Below, piece by piece: positions 57,201 through 64,000 of a stretch of 64,000 bases of DNA (position 1 is the stretch's first letter; each line of letters begins with the position of its first letter). Both the position numbers and the translations under genes were made by a program. Below the pieces are notes generated by a model. The model was not told the origin of the DNA. It saw nothing but the letters and a program-made list of their open reading frames with translations, and did not search any database. Origin of the DNA: a bacterium (lineage in GTDB: Bacteria; Zhuqueibacterota; Zhuqueibacteria; Residuimicrobiales; Krinioviventaceae); the NCBI GenBank assembly GCA_963693055.1, contig OY843751.1:800001-864000 (forward strand), written 5' to 3'.

Positions 57201-59945
57201 AATCAGGATAGCTTTGGTGAATATTTTTTGAGGGTTGTAGACAAGGGTGCCGTTGCATTCTGGGGTACCGCGGGTTGGGGATATACGTATGAAGACTATA
57301 TGTTTCTGCGTCAAATGTATCCCATTATGCTGCAGAATTCTGTTCAAGAAATTGGGAAAGGCTTGAGCCAGGCAAGGGCCGGTCTTTGGAGTACGCTGGG
57401 TGAAGGGTTGCATGTTAGGAATATAATTCTGCAATATGTTTTACTTGGAGATCCCGCGCTGGATCTTGCACTACCTGATAAACCCGATCTGGCAATTGAT
57501 GCTTCTGATGTTCGTGTTTATCCTGCTGTGCCCAGTGAGGCAGATTCGCTGGCAGAGATTCATGTGACTGTAAACAATTACGGACTTTTACCGCAAGACA
57601 GTGTAACTGTATTGGTTACAGCAGAACTACAAAACGGAAATAATCATAAAGTGGAATATACCAGGAGACTGGCTCCTGTTTACCTTTCTGATTCTGTGAG
57701 TGTAGATTGGAAATTAAAAAATATGACCGGATTGGTCAATGTTACAGCATCGGCTGATCCCTATGAAATGATTGATGAAGACGATGAAACAAACAATACA
57801 GCATCTCAACCGGTAACGGTTATTTCGAATGTAATACGCCTGTTATATCCACAAAATCAGACCGTATGTTCCGGTGATGATATGGTCCTCAGTATTCGAA
57901 ATCCCCAGGTTTCAAGCTTGGAGAATTATATGTTCGAATTTCAGCTGGATACATCAGGTACGTTCAATAGTGGATATCTAAAAACCTATACTGCATCTCC
58001 CGGTATTTTGGCAACTGAATGGGTGGTTGGCGATCTGCCTCCTGGAATTTATTTCTGGCGATGCCGAAATACCAATGAAACCGCGGGGCCGGTTTGGATT
58101 GAAGGCAGCTTTTTAGCAACGAATTCTAATAACTTTGGTTGGGGACAATCTCAAACCAAACAATTCTCTGTCAACAATCTGGATGATGCGCAAATTGTTG
58201 ACGACAGTATTGAACTGTATCGCGATGTGCTTACACTGAACGTTGAATCTGCAGGTATTGTGGATGGGAATTATGCCAGGTTGCTGGTGAATTCAAACTC
58301 GGTATTGGAAACGTCACGTGGAATCAATCTGGTCGCCCTGAGTCCTCAAGATGGCAGTGTATTGTTTCAAAAGTGCTTTGATACTTATGCAGATGGCAAT
58401 GCTCCTGATTCAATGGCATTGGTAATTAGCGAGTTCGCTGATAGTACCTGGGTATTGGCCGCTATCAAAGATGAAGGTAGCAACCAGTTGAATGAGACAG
58501 CATATACCGCCCTTGAATCCATTGGTAGTCAATATTGCAGGGATTTGCAATACAGAGATTCATGGGCCATTATTGGCAAAAAGGGAGCTCCTGTTGGTTC
58601 CGTTTCTGAAGAAATAAAAAAATCCGGTGAAGGATTTGTTTCATTGTTAGAGAATATTGGAATCTATAAAATGAATGGAACGGTGTCAACTCCACTTGTA
58701 GGCCCCAGTACAAATTGGCAAAAATGCAATGTAAAGACAAATCTGCCAGAGCAGACATCTATATTGTTTAATGTTCTTGGTATTCAGACTAATGGTGAGC
58801 AAGACACTTTGATCCGCCAAACCAACGCCAAAGAAATTGATCTGGCCGGTATCAATGGGGAGGTATATCCTTTTATAAAAATAGTGGGAACATTGAAAAC
58901 AAATGATTTTCATGTTACTCCGGCAATTCGTCAATGGATAATTAGTTTTGAACCTTCACCTGACCTTGCTGTGTCTCAGGAAACATTCCATGTAGATAAT
59001 GACACGATACTGATTGGAAGTAACGTTGAAATGCAGGCTCAAATTTATAATCTTGGCAAAGGCTCTATTATTGGTGATACTCTGAAACTTGCATTTTTTC
59101 ATATTGATACAGAGGGAAACGAGAATTTAATTACCCAAAAGAATTACGCTCAATCTATATTCGCCGATAGTATTATAACTGTTTCTCATGCCTGGAATTC
59201 TGAAGGCCACGCGGGAACACATAAACTCAAGTTGTACATAGATCCGGATAATCAATTTGTTGAATTGGATAAAGCCAATAATATTGTGACCACATCTGTT
59301 TATGTTCTGGCAGATACCATTAAACCAGAAATAGCAGTAACGATAGATGGTAGAGAGATCATGTATGGAGATTGGGTGGCATCGCAGCCGACCATAATGG
59401 TTGATGTTACAGATAACCGTCAGAATACATCTGGTATTGCTGATACAAGCAGAGTAACCGTTTTCCTCAATGATCAACGAGTCAGTTATGCCAGTGGTCA
59501 GCTGCAGATGTTAGAAACTGATGGAACCAATACAGCCATCAAACTTGAATATGAACCGGAACTGGAAGACGGTGAACATTATTTAACAGTAATGACTTCT
59601 GATCCCAGTAATAATTCAAGTATCTATCAAACCAGTTTTAATGTGGTTAAAGAACTGGCAATACGCAAAGCAGTCAACTATCCTAATCCCTTTGAGGCCG
59701 AGACTCATTTTACTTTTGAATTATCACAACCAGCCAATGTGCGAGTCAAGATCTATACGGTTGCTGGTAGATTGATAAACGATTTGGATTATGGCTGGCA
59801 GGGAGCGGGTTACAATATGCTTCCCTGGGATGGTACGGATGCTGATGGAGATGTACCTGCAAATGGTGTATATATTTACAAGATTGTTGCCTCAGAAGGT
59901 GACGAAAATGCAGAGGCAATCAGTAAATGTATACTCATGAAATGA
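54183..59945 (+). CDS. C25 family (gingipain/PorU-like) cysteine peptidase with two ILEI domains, CARDB-like domains and FlgD-Ig/T9SS CTD
   Basis: Propeptide-like N-terminus; ADYIIVT, LGDAS, HIGRIP; catalytic NFIGHAG and MTCHTG; LLGDP; two RG...FDT...AIKDEGS...R.SWA.IG.KG domains; D..NN; NYPNPF...WDG.D. ATG 54183 gives a signal peptide. Confidence 0.88.
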   Translation: MKRIQNLNVNYKKYEFNLFVFLFIVVFWYPASLVFGNSIVSVLEQTPQYTILEWTVPQIEFKTVQTEKGEFVVPAYDDLAESRVPGFPILPVNNLLLENLDTQRITVLDTVYSDKSTHTICPAPLYQYPDYDSQPFISYKMGPVYQKAAFYPASFISISHAWQRDNLLTRFAINPVLYNPVQNQIRVLRYIKIRINAAVELDLKNHTIRSKSGNAKLARSNSVQVSANDSWWEPYNSDELIKIETPTAGMYKITGQNLRDQGVQLSMIDPSTIKMLNNGIEQPCQVLDGGDGEFNENDLLVFYANRLSGITDFYHSWAVSNVYWLVWGGNAGLRYSTLANDNDPGLSNNYFLSTIHIEKDLEYYHGDTNEAIQETNITDGEGWVWTRALYHNSRQTIEFDLPGLFSGTTLNDSLKIRLRFRGMTIDSAANDHHLLLSVNNNSMGEGYFNNRQEWLPQFSVPVSNLLESGNQLLIESVATNAEISQVYFDWLEVDYPRALQVENGQILIDSLDTVEHALQISGLQSDSVFVFNLQEQTELVNKSVPTGRLLNIKVQSAAIGDGNYSRFLIENELIYEGTRGIGMVVMNQHTGNVELKRTFDTWGSSADADSLVAVVSRIADGRIVLCAIKDEGSNQLGEEQYNALETLGSNQIQNLATRGSWALIGSKGAESGTAIEILTASGEGPAHIDDYINFSQGDGFICRFGVPQNQTGPFVVFDIMGLKQPLLQKFQLGELSLVQNGADYIIVTHPDFMETANQLAAHRQTQNGFRTFVANVNDIYNEFNYGIKDPVAVKRFLELAYNNWQKPAPEYVVMLGDASWDPLKNSGNDSKIDFVPVYGNPVSDVWYVCMDGEDDIVPDMHIGRIPVETESQAQNYLDKMMEYESTQPASWKKNFLFISGGFDQYEQLVFGQQSQTLIDDFVTGPPIGGNAIHIGKESTGLAEGEHRDDLLKAFDDGIVWANFIGHAGSSTWDLMFHNPDIDLLNNGPKYPFITSMTCHTGRFAEPNQDSFGEYFLRVVDKGAVAFWGTAGWGYTYEDYMFLRQMYPIMLQNSVQEIGKGLSQARAGLWSTLGEGLHVRNIILQYVLLGDPALDLALPDKPDLAIDASDVRVYPAVPSEADSLAEIHVTVNNYGLLPQDSVTVLVTAELQNGNNHKVEYTRRLAPVYLSDSVSVDWKLKNMTGLVNVTASADPYEMIDEDDETNNTASQPVTVISNVIRLLYPQNQTVCSGDDMVLSIRNPQVSSLENYMFEFQLDTSGTFNSGYLKTYTASPGILATEWVVGDLPPGIYFWRCRNTNETAGPVWIEGSFLATNSNNFGWGQSQTKQFSVNNLDDAQIVDDSIELYRDVLTLNVESAGIVDGNYARLLVNSNSVLETSRGINLVALSPQDGSVLFQKCFDTYADGNAPDSMALVISEFADSTWVLAAIKDEGSNQLNETAYTALESIGSQYCRDLQYRDSWAIIGKKGAPVGSVSEEIKKSGEGFVSLLENIGIYKMNGTVSTPLVGPSTNWQKCNVKTNLPEQTSILFNVLGIQTNGEQDTLIRQTNAKEIDLAGINGEVYPFIKIVGTLKTNDFHVTPAIRQWIISFEPSPDLAVSQETFHVDNDTILIGSNVEMQAQIYNLGKGSIIGDTLKLAFFHIDTEGNENLITQKNYAQSIFADSIITVSHAWNSEGHAGTHKLKLYIDPDNQFVELDKANNIVTTSVYVLADTIKPEIAVTIDGREIMYGDWVASQPTIMVDVTDNRQNTSGIADTSRVTVFLNDQRVSYASGQLQMLETDGTNTAIKLEYEPELEDGEHYLTVMTSDPSNNSSIYQTSFNVVKELAIRKAVNYPNPFEAETHFTFELSQPANVRVKIYTVAGRLINDLDYGWQGAGYNMLPWDGTDADGDVPANGVYIYKIVASEGDENAEAISKCILMK

Positions 59946-60027
59946 TTTCTCATGTTTTCACGTCTTTTTGTTCTATAAGATAATATTGGTTTTGAGATTA
60001 GCCTAAAAATATGTAAATTCTTGTTTT

Positions 60028-61275
60028 ATGTGCAGAGATTATAATAATATGTCTTTAATTGGTGTTTTTTCAAAAAGTTTTATTGCCGAGGGTATAGTTG
60101 TTTTTGTTGGATTCATTAACAGTATAATTATTACTCGTGCACTGGGTGTAGAAGGTAGAGGCCAGTACTCTTTGGCAATGACAATCATTACTATTTCCGC
60201 CCTGGTATTGGGAGATGGTCTTTGCCGTAATAATACTTTTCTTACCAGCAAAGATAAAAAGCTGGTTTCTCCACTTTTTGGCAATTTATTATTATACTTT
60301 TTTTTTCTGGCTATATTAATGGCTGCAGCAGGTGTTTGGGGACTCCCGATTTTTCATATCGCTGTACCGGGTTTGTCAAACAAGCTGATTTGGTTGTCTG
60401 TTGCGGTTGTTCCGTTTTATATTACTATCCGCAGTATGAATTCAATATTTTTGGGTTTACAGGATTATAATCGTTATAATTTTTTTCTGGCATTGCCGTT
60501 TATATTCTATCTGCTGATAAATATCTGTATATATTTTTTTGCTACAGTAACACCTGAACTGGTTTTGACTGGTTATAATGCTTCCATGATATTGGTATTT
60601 GTTTTGATCCTTTATCTTTTTATTGCAAAATATAAAGCATCAAAACCAGATACCGCATTATTAAAAAAGAGTTTAAATTATTCAACCAAAGCGGCTGTTT
60701 CTCATATTTCTTTGTTTTTGTTATTCCGGGTTGATATTATTCTGATTAATTTATTGATAGGAGTAAAGGGCGCAGGATTGTACTCTATATCTGTCATGAT
60801 AGCTGAGTTGATGCAAAAACTTGCCAATACATCTGGAAATGTGATTTTTCCCAAGTTAACCGGTGAGAATACAAAGCAAAAACAGCAGTTAACAATGCGG
60901 GTATTTGCATTTGTTATGATTGTCAGTGTTGTTGTGGCTGTATTTATTTTGCTTTGGGGTAACGAATTTATTGTTTTGTTGTTTAAAAAAGATTTTTCAG
61001 ATTCCGCTTTGCCTTTGTACTGGCTTCTGCCAGGTGCAGTTATTATGACTGGTGCCAAAGTTATAAAATTCTCGTTATGGGCACAGGGATTCCCCTGGAT
61101 AACCATAACTGCTCCGGTTTCTGCTTTGATTTTAAACATTACATTGAATCTGATACTCATTCCCCGTTTGGGTATTGTTGGTGCTGCAATTGCAACCAGT
61201 TGTTCGTTTATTGTTTATAGTATTATGATTGTGGGTTATTATTTTACCCGATTTTACCGGAAAGCTCTAGTATGA
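60028..61275 (+). CDS. Wzx-type flippase 3
   Basis: TRALGVEGRGQY, RVDIIL, GLYS, LIPRLGIVGAAIAT. Confidence 0.88.
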   Translation: MCRDYNNMSLIGVFSKSFIAEGIVVFVGFINSIIITRALGVEGRGQYSLAMTIITISALVLGDGLCRNNTFLTSKDKKLVSPLFGNLLLYFFFLAILMAAAGVWGLPIFHIAVPGLSNKLIWLSVAVVPFYITIRSMNSIFLGLQDYNRYNFFLALPFIFYLLINICIYFFATVTPELVLTGYNASMILVFVLILYLFIAKYKASKPDTALLKKSLNYSTKAAVSHISLFLLFRVDIILINLLIGVKGAGLYSISVMIAELMQKLANTSGNVIFPKLTGENTKQKQQLTMRVFAFVMIVSVVVAVFILLWGNEFIVLLFKKDFSDSALPLYWLLPGAVIMTGAKVIKFSLWAQGFPWITITAPVSALILNITLNLILIPRLGIVGAAIATSCSFIVYSIMIVGYYFTRFYRKALV

Positions 61276-62492
61276 GAATTTTATATATTACACAATACTT
61301 TCCCCCAGAGGTAGGAGCTACTCAAACCCGTGCTTTGGAAATGACAACCAATCTGGTAAAACAGGGACACCAGGTAACGGTATTGACTGAATTCCCAAAT
61401 CATCCCGTTGGCATTATTCCACCGGAATATAAAGGTAAATGGGTAACTGTTGAAAAGTGGCGGGGTATGGATGTGATCCGTACCTGGGTTTATGCACGTC
61501 AGGAAAAGAACTTTAAAACCCGTATGGGATTTTATCTTAGTTTTATGGCAACATCTGCAATTGCGGGTTCATACATGTTGCCCGAGTATGATATTGTGTA
61601 TACAACCTCACCACCTTTTTTTGTAGGCTTGACTGGTTATTGGTTGAGTCGGTTAAAAAATGCAAAGTTTATTTTTGAAGTGCGTGATCTTTGGCCAGAT
61701 TCCGCGGTACAGTTGGGTGAATTGACCAATCGTACTTTAATACGTTGGGCTGAAAAGTTGGAGACTTTATATTATAATAAAGCAGAACGTATTATAACGG
61801 TTACACAGGGGATTAAGAACAGTCTGACTGAACGAGGTTATGGAGAAAAAACCGAGCTGGTACTTAATGGTACCAATACCGATCTTTTTAAAAATATGGG
61901 ACCCGGAATGAAAAATAAACTGGGCCTTGAGAATAAATTTATTGTGTTATATGCGGGAATTATTGGTATAGCTCAGGGACTGGAACAAATTTGCGATGTT
62001 GCTGAACAATTGCAAGATCAACCGGATATTGCATTTGTTTTGATTGGTGAGGGACCTGTTAAGCATAAAATTGAAAAAATAAAACAGGAAAAATATCTAA
62101 AAAATCTTATATTAATGGATCAGGTCCCCAGAGACGATATACCGCTATATATTTCAATGGCAGATTGCTGCCTGGTTCCCCTGAAAAAGAATGATTTGTT
62201 TAAAGGCGCTTTGCCATCCAAGATGTTTGATTATATGGCATGTGAAAAACCGGTTATACTCAGTGTGGATGGTGAAGCACGGACAGTACTTGAACGCTCA
62301 GGAGCTGGTATATTTGTAGAGCCTGAGAATCGAAAGGATATGATCTCTGCCATCCTTTCTCTGAAATCCGGTTCTGTTGATGGAAAGTCAATGGGACTAT
62401 TGGGAAGAGTGTTTGTTGAAAAAGGGTATTCAAGAAAACAGCAGGCACTCGAGTTGTTGAGTATCCTTGAGAAAATCGTCCGAAATCAATAG
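61272..62492 (+). CDS. GT4 glycosyltransferase (WbuB-like)
   Basis: TQYFPPEVGA, FPNHP, TTSPP, EVRDLWP, YAGIIGIAQG, PSKMFDYMA. Confidence 0.92.
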   Translation: MRILYITQYFPPEVGATQTRALEMTTNLVKQGHQVTVLTEFPNHPVGIIPPEYKGKWVTVEKWRGMDVIRTWVYARQEKNFKTRMGFYLSFMATSAIAGSYMLPEYDIVYTTSPPFFVGLTGYWLSRLKNAKFIFEVRDLWPDSAVQLGELTNRTLIRWAEKLETLYYNKAERIITVTQGIKNSLTERGYGEKTELVLNGTNTDLFKNMGPGMKNKLGLENKFIVLYAGIIGIAQGLEQICDVAEQLQDQPDIAFVLIGEGPVKHKIEKIKQEKYLKNLILMDQVPRDDIPLYISMADCCLVPLKKNDLFKGALPSKMFDYMACEKPVILSVDGEARTVLERSGAGIFVEPENRKDMISAILSLKSGSVDGKSMGLLGRVFVEKGYSRKQQALELLSILEKIVRNQ

Positions 62493-62508
62493 GATCAGGA
62501 GATTTCAA

Positions 62509-63606
62509 ATGCGTTATTTTTTGTATGGTACAGTTGCTTTAGAAGCGTTTTTAATCGCACTTTTCATTGTGCCTATTATACGTAAATTGGCCATTTCATG
62601 GAATGTAGTAGATAAACCGGGTGAACGTAAAATTCATTATACCCCCAAAGCATTGATGGGTGGTGTTGGTATTTTTACCGCGTTTTATGTTACGGTTTTG
62701 GTAAATGTAATTGGTTTTTATCTTTTGTATCATACATCATTTGTTCAGTCACACTTGCAAACCATTGTGAGAGTTGCCCCTATGCTGGACCAGGTTGTAC
62801 CCAAACTTGTTGTAATACTGGGTGGCGGGGCTGTTATTCACATGTTGGGTATTTTGGATGATATCCTCAAAGAGAAATTGACCTATAAACCCAAATTTAT
62901 TGTACAGATTGTTGTAGCGCTTGTTGTTTCTCTGATGGGAGTGCGAACTCACTTTATGCCTGGTACTGCTTTGGATGTCTTTGTTACAACTATATGGATT
63001 GTGGGTGTTACAAACAGCTTTAATCTGCTGGATAATATGGATGGTTTGACAGCCGGAGTTTCGGTTATTGCGGCCTTGTTTTTATTTGTTATTGCTGTTT
63101 TGCAGGGACAGATATTTTTTGCCTTTATGCTTGCAGCGTTAATAGGTGCCTGTTTGGGATTTTTACCCTATAATTTTAATCCCGCAAAATTATTTATGGG
63201 TGACAGTGGAAGCCTGTTTTTAGGGTATATTTTTGCAACCTTGACGGTAACAGGCTCATATGTTGTACCTACAAGCCAGACCCATATACCTATCATGATC
63301 CCGATTCTGATACTTTCTATTCCGCTATATGATACTTTTTCGGTAATGTTTATAAGGTGGCGCGAAAAACGGCCGCTATTTCTGGGAGACAAGCGCCATT
63401 TCTCCCACCGATTGCATGCACTTGGCATGAGCCAACGTCAAGCGGTAACCTTTATTTATCTTGTTGGTTTATGTGTAGGTGGTGTTGCTACACTTTTACC
63501 GTATATCTCTTTAATCGGAAATGTTGTTGTTCTGGTTCAGATAATTATTATATATATAATAATAACCTTTTTAATAGTTATAGGAAAACAAAATCAAAAT
63601 TCTTGA
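62509..63606 (+). CDS. wecA: MraY/WecA family undecaprenyl-phosphate GlcNAc-1-P transferase
   Basis: RKIH, MGG, GILDD, NSFNLLDNMDGL, FMGDSGS, HFSHRL. ATG 62509 has SD AGGAG. Confidence 0.88.
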   Translation: MRYFLYGTVALEAFLIALFIVPIIRKLAISWNVVDKPGERKIHYTPKALMGGVGIFTAFYVTVLVNVIGFYLLYHTSFVQSHLQTIVRVAPMLDQVVPKLVVILGGGAVIHMLGILDDILKEKLTYKPKFIVQIVVALVVSLMGVRTHFMPGTALDVFVTTIWIVGVTNSFNLLDNMDGLTAGVSVIAALFLFVIAVLQGQIFFAFMLAALIGACLGFLPYNFNPAKLFMGDSGSLFLGYIFATLTVTGSYVVPTSQTHIPIMIPILILSIPLYDTFSVMFIRWREKRPLFLGDKRHFSHRLHALGMSQRQAVTFIYLVGLCVGGVATLLPYISLIGNVVVLVQIIIIYIIITFLIVIGKQNQNS

Positions 63607-63630
63607 TGTAATATTTCTCAGGAGGAAAAT

Positions 63631-64000
63631 TTGAGAGCGTTAATAACTGGCGGTGCAGGCTTTATTGGTTCGCACCTTGCAGAAAAATTGTTGGAGAGAG
63701 GGGACAGTGTTTGTGTTATAGATGATCTGTCTACAGGTCGATTGGAAAATGTTAACCATTTACGAGACAATCCGAATTTTAGCCTGGTAATAGAGACGAT
63801 TCTAAACGAAACGGTAATGGACCGCCTGGTAAGTGAATGCGATGTAATCTATCATTTGGCGGCAGCTGTGGGTGTAGAGCTGATTGTTAAAAGCCCGGTA
63901 GAAACAATCGAAAGAAATATTCTGGGTACAGATGTTGTACTCCGGTTATCAAATCGATATTTACGTAAAGTATTGATCACTTCTACTTCAGAGATATATG
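63631..64000 (+). CDS. NAD-dependent sugar-nucleotide epimerase/dehydratase (partial; not in ORF track)
   Basis: TTG start after SD GGAGG: MRALITGGAGFIGSHL...DDLSTG...YHLAAAVGV...TSTSEIY. Confidence 0.9.
   Translation, partial: MRALITGGAGFIGSHLAEKLLERGDSVCVIDDLSTGRLENVNHLRDNPNFSLVIETILNETVMDRLVSECDVIYHLAAAVGVELIVKSPVETIERNILGTDVVLRLSNRYLRKVLITSTSEIY

Noticed and set aside
56793-57434. Longer antisense ORFs (e.g. 213 aa here, 188 aa at 8985-9551, 158 aa at 11831-12307)
   Set aside because: Shadow ORFs opposite well-supported genes, with no recognisable motifs or RBS.
1-64000. CRISPR array, rRNA/tRNA, transposase/integrase, prophage
   Set aside because: No regularly spaced repeats, no recognisable RNA genes and no mobile-element ORFs seen; intergenic spaces are short.

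Overview
Bacterial chromosomal window of moderate-to-low GC. Four proteins carry YPNPF-type FlgD-Ig/T9SS C-terminal domains, and there are Bacteroidetes-like carboxypeptidase-regulatory proteins and anaerobic Fe-S enzymes. This points to an anaerobic FCB-superphylum organism (KSB1/Calditrichota-like; inference). I see no rRNA, tRNA, CRISPR array, transposase or integrase. The left half (1-33.3 kb) is a mosaic: an ECF sigma/zinc anti-sigma/'mini-secretin' operon, a HerA-like ATPase, an AraC regulator with a secreted legume-lectin protein, a soluble [FeFe]-hydrogenase-MCP chemoreceptor behind a sigma54 promoter, an NtrC-type two-component pair, a MutY(-MutT)/AlkZ-like/MazG repair cluster, a double-cubane protein with its ATPase activator, and a plant-glucuronokinase-like kinase. 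The right half (33.3-64 kb) is a co-oriented ~30 kb surface-glycan locus. It opens with a sensor-less sigma54 activator with its own sigma54 promoter and candidate enhancer palindromes, then two CTD-bearing surface proteins, then Wza/Wzz/Wzi, three flippases and glycosyltransferases. Embedded among these is a 1.9k-aa C25 (gingipain/PorU-like) peptidase with two ILEI lectin-type domains. My best candidate for an undescribed system is this locus, as a possible dedicated 'T9SS cargo + sortase + glycan anchor' module. The ECF/anti-sigma/mini-secretin trio is second.
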